From the NCBI GenBank assembly GCA_029717555.1, contig JAMDHS010000008.1, positions 1-64,000 on the forward strand: a stretch of 64,000 nt of DNA, read 5' to 3'. A program made the translations under genes and the position numbers. The notes beneath the pieces are model-generated. The model did no database searches. It was not told the origin of the DNA and was given only the letters and a program-made list of their open reading frames with translations. Shown piece by piece: positions 50,284-64,000 of the stretch. Within the stretch, counting starts at the first letter, position 1. Each line of letters starts with the position of its first letter. The DNA is from Peribolospora baueri (Eukaryota).

Positions 50284-52739
50284 ATGGCCTCACCCACTGC
50301 GACCGCCACCAAACGCTCCTCGCTCCTGCCGCCCTCCCCCGCGTCCTCCTCAGCAGCTTCCTCTCAGTCAGGCTTTCGCTCCCCCTTTTCCCCCCTCTTC
50401 TCCGCCGGAATGCCTTACACCCCAGGCGCCGGTTTCGCCACCACTTGGACCCCCGCTCCCACATCCACCGTCTTTCCCGCCCATGTCTCACCGTCCTCGT
50501 CCCCCTCCCGCCCCACTTCATCCGAGTCGTCCTCAGGACAAGGCCTCACCTCGCTCCCTTCCTCGTCCCGGCACCACCGAAGGGCGTCCGACAGGCTCAG
50601 TGACGGTCACCACAGGAGGGCCTCCGCCAGACTCTCGGCTTCGTCCTCTGCCTCCTCCATCATCGGGCCCGAGGACGAGCTGGCGGCGCTCCATGACGAG
50701 CTCGATCAGGTCGATGAGGAGCACGAGAGGAGACCGTTGGCCGTTTTGCTCGATGCCTCACCCGGAAACGAAGACCGAGGTGCGGCCGATGCCGACAAGA
50801 AGGGCAAAGGCAAGGCGATAGCCGCGGGCAAGGACCAACAAGCCCAAGGTCGACACTCGTCTCCTCCTTCGTCTTTTTCTTCCATCCCGTCCTCCTTCTC
50901 CTCAAACCCACCGACTGCCTTGGAACGCGGCGTGCCTTCCTTCGCTCCCCTCGGCAATCCTTCACGCCGGCCATCGTCTTTGACAGGTCCGTCGAACACT
51001 AACAACCCGTTGAATGGCGCCAGCGGCGCTCCTAGGTCGACCCGCTCCAACTCGTCGGGCTTCGCAGGTCTGTCCGCTCTCAAGATGCCCTTCTTTGGAG
51101 CCGGAGCGCCCAATGTCGTTGTCGAGAACGCTGAGCCAGGCAGCCCTGACGAACATCGACCAAGTTCCCCGTCCTCGAAGACCATATCGGCCGCGACTCA
51201 AGCCCAGACGGGGATAGAGCCACGTCCGGCCCCGGCGCAGCCGCAGAATCTGGGACGGAAATGGTCCATGTTTGGTCTTTTCGGTAGCGACGGACCTGGC
51301 GCGACCGGCGCGGCCGGACTAACACCCGCTCCTGCGTCCTCTCCAGCCTCTCCCGCCTTCTCCTCTCCCTCTCCTCTCTCTCCCTCTCCCTCTAAACCAT
51401 CTTCGCCCCGACCTTGCGCGTCCTCGCCGTTAGCGCCAGACGAAGCGATGGAGTTTACGGACGCAGCCGAGACGATCCGACACGGCAAGGACCTCGAGGG
51501 GATGAGAAAGTTGGCGAAGAGATTGGAGGGCGCTTGGAGAGAGCAGGTGAGTCACTTTACTTTGAAACGCTGGCGGGATTGCAGGCTTTCTGCTCTTCAC
51601 AACGTCGACGTTCGACTTGCGCGCACGCAAACATTCTGACGCTCCTTCTCTCCAAACGCGTCCGTCGCATCGCCCCACGTCGTCGCGCCCCTAACCAGAC
51701 CCTCGCCAACGCTGCTCTCCGCGCCACTATCATCTCCCTACAAGCCTCTCTCTCCGACGCTGCAGACGAGTCGTCCGGCCTGCGCTCCCAGCTCCGCCTC
51801 CTCTCCGAGCAAGCAGCCACGTCTGCCGAGGAGTTCGAAGCCTTCCAACATCACATGGCCGACCAAGCGGAGAGACACCGAGCGGAGGTGGAAGAAGAGA
51901 GCAGGGAGGAGAAGGAGAAGCTGGAGAGGAGCTTGAGGGAGGCGAGAACGAGGGAAGCGGAACTGAAGAGGGAGGTTTTGGAGCTCAGGCTGGAGGTCTT
52001 GCAGAGAAAAGCCATGGCGGAGGACTGGGAGAAGGTATCTCCCGCGCAGACCGACTGCGATACGTCAGGATCGGGATTGGCACCAGCACCGGCACCGGCA
52101 CCGAGTCCGTCCGGGGAAACCATGGACGGGCGCTCCGTCTCCGCGCCCGAGTCTACGACCTCGACCTCGACCATGACCTCGGTCGCCCCCGCCTCCATTG
52201 ACGGAACATCCAGCGGCCCGTCTTCCCTGGAAAGCACGAGCCGGACCGGCAGCAGCAGCACCCCTTCGTCGCCTCTCCTCTCTTCTTCGTCGACGGCTTT
52301 GACGGACGCCTCTTCTTCTTCGGTTGCGACCGACGTCTCTCCCTCTTCTCCCGCCACGTCCGTCGAGACCGCCGACGTCTCAAAGTCGACCGACGGCGGT
52401 ACTTTGGGGGGCCTGACGCATCAGTGGAGCCACTCCACGCTGAAGAAGGATACCAAGCACGCCTCTCTGACCGTCCCACCCTCCCCCGGCGGCACCCTCT
52501 CCGCCTCCACCTCCGCCTCCACCCTCTCCGCCCTCCACGCCCTCACTCTCGAACGCCAGGCCGCCGACGCAGAGCTCCTTCGCTCGCTCAGGGCCGAGAA
52601 CGAAGCGCTTCGGAGAAAGGCGGGCGAGCAGGACGAGAGGCTGGCGGAGATGGAGGAGGAGATGGGCGCGGTGAAGGAGCAGTTGGGCAAGTGGGAGGGC
52701 GCATTGGACGACATCTTCGCCCCCGGCCTCGGCGTGTGA
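50284..52739 (+). CDS. Hypothetical Ser/Pro-rich coiled-coil protein (2 exons)
   Basis: ATG at 50284 (MASPTATATK). An intron at about 51547-51698 (GTGAGT...CTAAC..CAG) joins the two long ORFs in frame. Heptad-rich E/K/R segments. Confidence 0.75.
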
Positions 52740-53392
52740 GGAGGTTGTCTTTTTTTTTGCCTTTTTTTTTATTTATTCCCGTTTTTTTTTGGTTCTGTCG
52801 TGAGGATGCTCCATGGTGTCGGACGGAAGGAGGGAAGGAGGGCCTGATACCAGCTCGCGGCTTTCGGCTCTACCGCCGCCGTGCCGGCCTTTGCATATTT
52901 GCTTGACCCCAGTCTCCTCTCACCCGCTTTTCTATGCCCATAACGACCGCGGTTAGGCCGTGGGATACGCCTCATCATCGTATACCCTGTAAGAGACGTC
53001 TGGACTGTGACGACGTCACACGACCGCCGTCGTCCCTCGCATGTATGTATCTTCTGATCTTCTGTCTGACGGCACCGACGACCGATGCACGTAGACGAAT
53101 GTCCTCGCCGACCGATGCAGTGCAAATACACATAGTATGTACTGCATGTGCTGTGCTGAACACGAGACCACCTTTGCGTCGTTGGCGTCATAGACAGACC
53201 CCTCTCCGGTCTTTCTCCGGTGATCCCGTTCCAGCTGATCGCATCACCACCCCCTTCCATGCGCGTTGCCGCAGTCTTTCGCGTACCGCCGCGTATGCGC
53301 GCATCCCACCGCCGCCTTCTTCTCGACGGCGTCCGCCCCTCCCCCTTCCTTGGTCCACCACCCCCCTCGCATCTCGATACAGCCAGCACGCC

Positions 53393-55943
53393 ATGGCCAC
53401 CGTCGTTCCCCCGCGCTCCGCAAAGCGCCAGCGCCTTGCCGACCAGGCCGCGGACAGGGGGGCGCAGGCGCTCGCCGACGAGGGCAAGCTCGGCCCCAAG
53501 GCGCAAAACGTGATCGTCCAGTTCAGGCACGCCGAGCACGACGAGGTGCTCGGGCCCGCCATCAGCTTGCCCAGCGACACTGGAGCCAAAGGGCTGGAGA
53601 TGCTCGTGAACAAGCTGAGAGCTCAGGTGCGTGTCCGCCGGCCCGTGGTGTTGGTGTCGTGTCGCCTCGCTCGCCGTCCTGGCCACGTTCAGCGCGCTCA
53701 TCTATTCTCGCCTCCCTCCCCGTGCTCCCCGGCCTTCTCCCGCCCATTGTTCTTCCTTCGGCTCTCTAGGAAGAAGATCCTGTTCCGTTTGCGTTCCACA
53801 TCCAACTCCCTGCGCCGTCTGCAAGTGACGCCACGACCGCATCCACGCCGCAGCGTCTGCCCATCTCCAACTCGATCGCCTTGGACGTCCTCTCCTCCCC
53901 CCTAGCCATCAAAGCCGGCTTGAGCGTCGAAGACGTGCTGACAATCGTCTGCGAGCCCCAGGCTGTCTTCCGCGTCCGGCCCGTCACGCGCTGCACATCC
54001 ACCCTCTCCGGACACGGCTCCCCCATCCTCTGCTCCGTCTTCTCCCCCCTTGGAGACCTACTCATCACCGGAAGCGGCGACGCCACCGCCAGGATATGGG
54101 ATCTGAACAGCGAGACGCCCAAGTACACTCTTGCTGGCCATCGCTCCTGGGTGCTCTGTGCCGAGTGGGAGGGCAGGCAGACCAGGGTCGCTACCGGTGG
54201 CATGGACGGCGAGGTGTGGGTGTGGGAGATGCCGGCCGTCGGCCGTCGCCCCGCCACCGCCGATGACGTGGATGGGCAGCCGTCGCCAGAAAATATTGAA
54301 GAGGGTGACACGGCTGCGAAGAAAGAGAAGAAGAAGCGACTTTGGGCGCAACCGGAGGGAAAAGTCCTTAGAGGTCATAGCAAATGGGTCACCAGCTTGG
54401 CATGGGAGCCCATTCACTTGTGAGCGTCCCTCCGTCGAATCAGTTTGTTTCCACAGAGGCCCCGTCACCAAAGGTTCACATTTCCCCTTCCTCCTCTACA
54501 GAAACCCGGCCTCTCCGCGCCTTGCCTCTTCCTCAAAGGACGGTACGGTTCGAGTCTGGGACGTCGTCCGCCGTACCACCGTGTTCACCCTCGGCGGACA
54601 CACCGCCTCCGTCAACCAGCTCCGATGGGGCGGCGGCGGATTAGACTCGTTCGGAAAGGATGGCCACGGAGGGATCATATACACCGCCAGCAGCGATAGG
54701 ACGGTCAGGGTGTGGGACGGAAAGGACGTGAGTCTGCGCGTGCTGCTTACCACGACAAGCGAAGCGACCTGGCTCATCCTTCTTCCACGCGCCCGCTCGC
54801 CTCCCGCTCTCAGGGCAAGCTCATCCGTGTTCTCAACGAACACGCCCACTGGGTTAATACCTTGGCACTCTCCACCGACTTTGTCCTCCGCACCGGTCCG
54901 TTCGACTGGACTGGCAAGAAGCCGAAAGACGACGAAGAAGGTGTGGCGTGTCTTTCCTTGCTCTCCTCTTGCTTTTGACGTGCCTGCCTGACCCGTCCTG
55001 TCTGCCCGTCTGCCGGGTTTGCCCGCTCCCGAACCAGCACGAACCATGGCCCTAGCCCGCTATACCAAGGCCCTCAGCGCGATGCCCTCCAACGCTGAGC
55101 TCGTCATAACCGGTTCCGACGACCATACCCTCTTCCTCTGGTCCCCGCTCGCCTCTCAGAATCCCAAGAAGCCCCTCGCCCGCCTCACGGGGCATCAGAA
55201 GACCGTCAACCACGTCGCGTTCAGTCCTGACGGGCGGTTAATCGCGAGCGCCGGCTTTGATAACACCGTCAAGCTGTGGGACGGGAGGACTGGAAAGTGC
55301 GTCCGTCCGCCTTCGTTCGAGCGACCGACTTCCATTGTCGGTTCTCTCACCGTCCCTTTGCCCTGTCTTCTTTCCGCACAGGTTCATCGCATCGCTCAGG
55401 GGACACGTGGCGGCTGTGTACAGGGTAGCGTGGTCGAGCGATTCGAGGATGCTGGTCAGCGCCAGCAAGGACACCACTCTCAAGGTGGGCGTCTTCGTCC
55501 GATATGTCCGCGCCGTCCTTCTCGTCTTCGCCTCCCCTTTCCCGCGGCCCTTTCCTGATTCTCTCTTTCCCTTCCCCCTTCCTCCTCCTCCCTCTCTCCC
55601 TTGTGCCACTCCACCGTCCGTCCCTCTCCCTTTTGCTCTTCCGATTTCCAATGACGAAAAGCTCTGGGACCTCAAGACCTACAAGATCCGCGTCGATCTC
55701 CCCGGACACACCGACGAGGTATACTGCGTCGATTTTATCGCAGACAAGGTCGCCAGCGGAGGTAGGGATAAACAGTTGAAGATGTGAGCATGCCTCTTCT
55801 ACAGACACTGGCTTAGGTTTGGGGGACGGGGTGAATCGAGCGCGAGCGCGGGAGATGCATGTGGGCGGCGCGGCGATCAAGTTTTCCTGACTGAATCTTA
55901 TCGCTTCATACTCTCTTTTCTTCGATCTAGTTGGCGACATTGA
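53393..55943 (+). CDS. RSA4: Rsa4/Notchless (NLE1) WD40 60S ribosome assembly factor
   Basis: [28 protein letters not shown]...GH; multiple WD repeats; [24 protein letters not shown]...IWRH*. Confidence 0.96.
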
Positions 55944-57364
55944 CCACCGTCTGTCCGCATGGGCGTGTTAGAACACTTGCAATCCACATCCACTCCCTGT
56001 GGCCGCATTTCTTCCGTTCCGCCAACATACCTCTGCCCGAAAGCGAATAACGTCGGCCCGACGTCCGCGTGACTTTTCCGAATGTGTCGCGCCGGTGACA
56101 CGCTTTCGATTCTGGCGACCCCAGCGCCGGTCTCACTTTGCGGCGTTTCACCCGCCCGCTGCCTCTTCTTATAGCTCCCTCAGACAGGCCTTTTTTTTTT
56201 CCCTTCCTCTCGTTCGTCCCACTACAATACGGTGACGCACTCACGTCCGTCTTCAAGGCGCTCCGATTTGAGAACCGCATCAGCCTCACCTCCTTGTCCA
56301 AAGTACGACGCTCCCCTCTTCATCCACACACCTCCAATCGCCCTTCGCAACATGCCCGCACCGCCCATGATTGATCCACTCGTGCCCATAGGCGTCTTCT
56401 GGGGCATAGCCCTCGCCGTTACCGAGCTCTTCGACCTCGCTCGGGAAGAGCGGCTCCTGCGGCGGAGGCCACAAGCAGTCCACGCCGTCGTTCTCGATGG
56501 CGTTCGAAACGGAGGGCACTGCGCTGGACGCAAGGCTGGAAGGCGCGGGGAGGAGTGGGAGGGAGATGTGCCGGGGAGAGACTTGGAGCCTTACACGCGT
56601 TTGCCGCTTTGGACGAGCGGCGATCCTTGGGGCGTTTGATGGGGTCGCCAGAGGCCGATGACGACATGGTCTAACGCCCTTCTCCATGACGCCGCGGAAT
56701 TATGGGCGTTCTCTGGAGTGCGGGAGAGCGGCGCGGCTGCTCACTTCGCTGGGTGGAAGACGAAGACATCGTTTTGCCTTCCTCCTCCGCCTCCTCTTGT
56801 CGGGCGATGGAGCGACCAAATCCAAGCTTCCGAAAGCCAAGCGGACGAAACTAGCAAATTCGACCGATACCGCGACCTCCACCGCCCATCGTCTGTCTGT
56901 CCCTCCGTCATCTTCCTCGCCAGGTCCTTTGCATCCCTCTTCCCTCCCTCCACTGACCGTTCATAGCCTTCGTCCCTTCTCCTCGACAATGCCCCATCAG
57001 AGCTTCGTGTTTGAATTCTACCTGTCCACGCTGCTCCCTCTACATGCCTCAGACGTCATGCTTCGCTCGGCTTTCATGATTCCGGTCGAGCGTCGGGTCG
57101 GGCTCTACAGTTCACGCGCGCCTTGTCTAGCGCTTCCACCACATCCCATCGGGTTCGAGCCCAGTTGTGGCTATGACGCGTATAATGTGAAAGGTCCTAA
57201 GGTCCTGAATCGGCGCTTGCGAAGAGCGCGCCACGAGAGAGCGAGAGCAAAGCCGACTCGGGCCACGAGGAGGAGTAAATGAGGAGTGAGGACACGTCGA
57301 TTCTATCCCGGTCTATCTATGGCGTGAGTCCGCTAGTTTCCATCCTCTTCCAAGCGTCCTTCCC

Positions 57365-59272
57365 TCATCTTCCCCCACCCATCCCCTCCAAGGCTAGGCA
57401 AACGCCCTCGACGCCCGCCGGTCCGCCGATGACGTCGACGGTGTGCCAAAAGGCATAGGCACGACGAATACAGACGTAGTGAGAGAAGGCGGCGAGAAGG
57501 ATGAGGACGTGAAAGATTTGGTCTGAGGTTGGATAGGGTTTGGAGAACGGCGGAGACGGACAGTTGAAAGAGTCGGGAGAGTAGGTGCGATGGGGTTTGG
57601 CGGTGACGATGACAGGCAAGGCAAGAGGCGAGTCAGCGGAAAGAAGGGGAAGAGGAAGAGGCGAATGGGATGGAGTGTGAATACCCACGAGAGGCTCCCT
57701 GAAGACCACCAGAGACCGGTGCAGGAGTGAAAGGAGAGGGTGAGACGATGGCCAGCGAGGATGATAACACCCCTGGACACGACTGCAGTGGACTCACGAA
57801 ATAGTCGAATCGTCCAGGAACATATCTCTCGGGGATGTGTGTCATGTAAAGGCATGCCCCAATGACATAGAGAGCCCCGCTCAGGATAAGGTAGTTGACA
57901 CCCATTGTGTGAGCGACCGTTGCGTACTGTTGAAGGACGGACGTAGAAGGAGGATCAGTCAAGGTAGAGGAGATAAACGGAAGGAAGACAGCGCGACTCA
58001 CCCCATACTTGCCAACTACATGCATGACAGGAAAGACGGCGCTGAGGCCAAGACCCAGGAAAAGACAAGTGCGCACTGGTCGGAACTTCGGTGTGCCATA
58101 CTTGGGAATGATGACTGTGGATGTGGTGGCTGTGATTTGAAGTCGAACGTCACGGACGAAAATAATGTCAGGAGACAAGAGCTGCTAGAACAAATACGAC
58201 AGAAAGACTTACCGACGCCGTTGATTGTGATGAGCACCGAGTAGAACAGTTGCAGGCGAGGGTAGCAGTAGAAGCCGTAGTGAAGAGCGGGGCTATAAAT
58301 ATGGCCGAAAAAGAGAAATCAGCAATCAAATGACGGGCCTGTGAGACGGTGATATGGCGCTTTTTCATCTATCTAGAGGCGTTTCGCTCTCATCAGAACA
58401 TATGAAAGCGGAACGCCAGAGGTCTGGAGCAAAAGGGACGAAGAACGCACTAGAAGCTGCCGACGGTCAGGACTACGATGCCGATGTAGTCGAAGCGTTG
58501 GAAGCGGCGATAGGCCTTTTGTAGCAGTTTTGCGATCAGGGATCATGACGATCGTAACTCGATAGACCCGGTCCAGTCGAGGTGACAGACTATCTCCCAC
58601 AGACTCACCTCTCTGGACTGACATCCGCAAGAATGAAAGGAAGCGCTGAAGCCAAGACAGAGGACGGCGCCCAACAAAAAGGTGGTAAAGCCGGCAACGT
58701 CTTTCCATTCTGGCTCTCTTCTCTCCGCCCTCTCCTGGAGGAGATGGGCTGCTGGCGGGTGGAGCGCTGGCGAGTCAAAGAGAGAGTTGTGGGTGAAGGA
58801 ATGGGGGAGGGAGAGCGCGGAGAAGAAGGTTGGAAAGAAGTGGTGGAGGAGGTGGAGGAAGGCGGCGAGAAAGGAGAAGAGTGCGCCCCAGAGATGGGTG
58901 TGAATGTTTACTGTCGATACGTTTGGAGTAATCGACGGGTAAACGCAAGTCGAAGTGGTATCAGCTCTGGTACGAAGACTGGTCGCAAGCGATCCATCCT
59001 CCCCGGCGCTCACCCGACTCGTTGTGGCAGTAGCACCAAATGCTTGTCCAACATTTGGCATAGCTATCATGTCTAAAAGGCCGCTTGTTGTCATTCAATT
59101 GGCCGTCGCTTTCGCTCTTCTCCTCTTCAGATCCAGGCCTCCGGTATCCCGTCCGAATGAGCGAGTTGTCCTTATGCCAAGGCGGGAGGTCTTCGTAGTC
59201 GATGAGCCTGCCCGCCCATCTGCTCTTTTTACCAGACACGGCAGAGCTACCGTTTGACGGCCCGCCTGCCAT
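57365..59272 (-). CDS. PAQR/hemolysin-III family membrane protein (IZH-like)
   Basis: LPPWHKDNSLIRTGYR, HNE|VNIHTHL, FDYIGIV, IPERYVPGRFD and QIFHVLIL...H. Confidence 0.92.
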
Positions 59273-59731
59273 GGCAAGTGATGGAGGTGAATGTTAAGGG
59301 AGAAAGGGCGGTATCAGTGCGAACGACACCGAGAACAACGATGCGATGAGAAGGTGGGCTGAACGTGAAACAGGTCTGTCGGGAAGAATTGGGTGGTGTT
59401 GATTTCCCGATTAGGAAGGCGATCGGCGGCGGAACGGCCGGATTGCCGGTGGGAGAGACTGGATAGTGTGCAAGCTCCTCCCTTCCTCGGCTTGCCGTAG
59501 AATGCGGATTTCGCTGACAAGCCTAGGCAGGCGCGCATTGGGCACCTGCCCGGCTATTGGGCTATGGGACGCCAGGGGCGAAGGGGAAAGGGAAGCATCG
59601 GCGGCTGTGTAACCCTCTTGGCTTGCGCCTGGGTGCGAGAGGTTCAGTCCAGTTCCCATTCATTCTCGCTCTATCGCTTCGTGCTATACTCCACAGCCTT
59701 CTTTTTTCACATCGCATGTCGGTACATCTTT

Positions 59732-61127
<1,396 letters not shown>

Positions 61128-61622
61128 GGCTGGCGAGTGCTGCGGCACGAGACCGCCTACCTCACAAAACGCAGGCCTACCTCGGCCGCCCGTCACGCAC
61201 ACGCTCTGCGGGCTGACTATATACATGGGCGATGCGCGAGCGACGTCTCATAGAACGCTAGACGACGAGCACGGATCATTCATTTGTCACCTTCGAGATC
61301 TCGCGTGTCTCATGACAATAACTTAAGGCACGGGGCAGCCGATACTCCAGGGTAATTAACTGCATACATACATACAGGGGCACGTGTCTACGACTTCCAC
61401 GTTTGAGGCTGAAGCCACGTCGTCCAACCACTGGTCCCGGTCCTTCTAAAGCAAATCCAAGTTATTCGAAAGCGATAAAGATAGGATTGCCTTTGTCTAC
61501 AAAGAAGCTGTCTAAGCATTGTATTAAACGCAGCATTACGCTTGGCGGCCCGCCGACTTGCTTATCGCCAAGAGCATCCTGACAACCCTGTTCCTGAGCC
61601 CGTCTGCGCTCGGTGCGACAGG

Positions 61623-62860
61623 TCAAATCTTCCCCTTGATGAGATTCAGAATCATCTCTCTGCCGGTGATCCACGCTGTGCGGCCAAAGGTGGGGAAGTC
61701 GAGTGTGGAAGAGATAACGTCGGCAAGACCGAAAGGAAGCATGGGAGGGATCCAGCCTAGGTTGCGAGGAAAGAGAGACGAGAACGAAAGGAAGCAGACG
61801 AAGGAATGAGAGAGGTTCGATGAGTGCGAGGAAGGGTCGGGGTTCGGCGAAGGAAAGAGGATAAAGAGACACGTTCACACACCCCTGGCATACTCGAGAG
61901 CCCAGCAGCCCTCGTGCATCTTGTACTGCTTGACTGCGCCTCTGGGAAGGTGATGCTGCGAGCCGGGAGCGTATACCTGGGAGAACCAAAGGTCAGGAAT
62001 AGCCACAATGAGACCGTCAGTGCCCGTGCCCATCGCGATTCTGAAGCCCCGCAGACCAAAAAGAGTTGACATCGTAACAGCCAAAGAAAGGCAGACGACA
62101 CTCACTTCCATCTCCGTCTTTCCTGCCGGGAAGGCCCATTGCGCTCCTTGAATGATGTGGAAGTAGTCGTCAGCGGTGTGACGGCCCGTGTGCCCTTCGG
62201 TGCCGAGAGGAGTGCCGAAGAAGATGAGATACTCTGTCACCGAGGCGTGGAGGACGAACATGGCTCCCATGGCCCCTTGGGTAATGGTCGACCACATCGG
62301 CGGAAGACGGGAAAGAGAATAGCGGGATGAGCAAAGAGGAGCGTTGGAACCAACCGCATAACTAAAGAAATAGTCGTGCGGAGACGGCGCTTCCTTCCAA
62401 ACATACCTCCAGCATTATTAAAGAACCACTCGCTCTCGACGTCTAGCCCGTTCTCGTTGAGGTGTTGGCTCCACCTCGGCTCGGACCGGAGACGGGTCAC
62501 GATATCGTCCATGATCGCCCGCGTGTCATTGTTTGGGTGTGCGGAGATTGCAGCACGGGCTATTTCGTGCAGAGAGGTCGGGTCGAAGATGTACCATCGG
62601 TCCTGGAGGGGAGAAGGTGTTCGGGGAAAGAGAGACGAGGCGGCAAGACTAGAGTGTGAAAACGCGTTCTCAACAAGCAAAGAGGCAAGCTCGCAAGCAA
62701 CACCGGCGTCTCCGCTCACCTTGATCCCGTCCAAGAAGGTGTACACGGCGACTAACACGGCGACGATGACAGAGCGCAGGAGCCATCTGGAAAAAGGCGA
62801 GGGCTGTCGTCGCTTGAACGTGCCCGTTGGAGGCCGGGCGTAAATCGTCTTCTTCGCCAT
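61623..62860 (-). CDS. ERG2: C-8 sterol isomerase (Erg2/sigma-1 family)
   Basis: [66 protein letters not shown]...NLIKGKI*. Confidence 0.97.
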
Positions 62861-63199
62861 GGCAAACCGGGCAATGATGTCAGGCGGAGATGGGGGTTTT
62901 GAGGATTACGAGAGGAAAGAAGAAACGGGCCAGCACGACCGCTCTGCCGCAGCCACATGGTAGCGTGCTTGCTGCGGCGGCGGGCGACGATAGGAAGAAA
63001 GCCGTTGCTTGTGACATTGGCACCTGTCAGTCGTCGCCGTGGACGAGCAAAAACATCCCTCCCTTTATCGGTCTGCGACTCTGAAAGGTGGATTAGCCCG
63101 AAGGGTCGCGCGCTCACAGTTGCCTTGTTGTTATGCGCCAGCTGTGCGCGGACCTGAAGCACCAGTTCGTGGGGCAGGACCTTGGCGACGAGGGACGCG

Positions 63200-63725
63200 C
63201 CAGCGCGATGACCAGCAGCTGTTCGCCATACGGGCATTCCGATGTTCTTATCAACGGTTAATATCATCATACGCACACAGTGTGACCGAAGGGACCAGGA
63301 GAAGCACCGTCCGCTGGCCGCCGTTGCGATTCGGTGTGAGCATTTCTCTCTTTTTGCGGCCGCACGTCCAGCTAGTGATGCTATGTCGCAGTCTCCTCGT
63401 TCGCCCGCAATCAGACGTCCATCAGCGATTCCCCGTTTCCGCCCCGGCTCCTGAGTCCGAGCACGTCGTCGACGCCTCAGCCCTTCCCGTCCGCCTCCTC
63501 GACGACACGCAAGCGAAGGACCGCTTTCGTCAATGGCAACGGGAGGACCCTGCTGTCGCCCGGACGCTCCACCGCCTCCGCCAGTCCGAGTCCGTTCCGG
63601 AATACACTCTCTCTCACGACGGCCTCCTCTCTGTGGGGGACGACATTGAGGGCCGTCGTATCTTCCCGAACGCCGCGGCGCAGGAAGGGCGGTTGGTGAG
63701 CGGGAAGCTGTCTTTTTCTACCTGA
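63200..63725 (+). mobile_element. Possible degenerate Ty3/Gypsy pol fragment (RNase H end and linker to integrase)
   Basis: Weak motifs in the expected order: DQQLFAI, VRW, ASDAMS (another frame), QREDP, YTLSHDGLL, RIFP. No LTR or RT seen. Confidence 0.4.
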
Positions 63726-64000
63726 GTTATATTAAGCCATTGCTACTCGGAAGGCATCCTGAGCATTCAAGCCCGCTCATCGTCCTCGGACGTGCGCGTC
63801 ATCCACAACTATCGCCTCATATCGCTGCCGAGTTCCTTTCTTGCCCTCGTGCTACCCTCTTTTACATGACATTTCAATTTACTCGCTTCTCCATTATGGC
63901 TCTCTGGTCCCTGGGCTGTCCGCCTACAGGCTCCTCCTGGGCTGAATGTCTGTAGTGGCAGAAAGGCCGATACAGTTAGTTTCGATTCTGGGAGCGAACA

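Overview
GC-rich, intron-rich eukaryotic DNA. Short introns with mostly GTGAG donors, plus the gene content, point to a basidiomycete fungus. About 22 protein-coding genes can be assembled by hand. Recognisable ones: a GPI-anchored CFEM protein, METTL26/DUF938, ribokinase, a Dal5-like MFS permease, an F-BAR (Cdc15/Imp2/Hof1-like) protein, a TTC1-like TPR protein, PEX14, an RBM39/Rsd1-like splicing factor, a Zn2Cys6 factor, a Cbf1-like bHLH, Ies1, NDUFA9, GRASP/Grh1, RRP14/SURF6, GAPDH, RSA4/NLE1, an IZH/PAQR protein, TAD2 and ERG2. Several hypothetical proteins are also present. I found no rRNA, tRNA or CRISPR array, and no clearly novel multi-gene system; this is mostly housekeeping territory. 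The most notable points are: (1) two convergent genes (MFS and F-BAR) both break off inside introns at the same 37-nt A run near 16 kb, which suggests an assembly collapse or a real deletion; (2) a Spd1/Dif1-like ribonucleotide reductase inhibitor and a 93-aa three-exon hydrophilic protein, both visible only after splicing; (3) a GAPDH with GINGAGRIGR in place of GINGFGRIGR and a 14-nt microexon next to the catalytic Cys; (4) a six-copy AGR[TS]SFD[QH] repeat in the Zn2Cys6 factor; (5) a possible decayed Ty3/Gypsy fragment at the right end. Family calls come from recognising motifs by eye, not from database searches. Exon boundaries are manual predictions.
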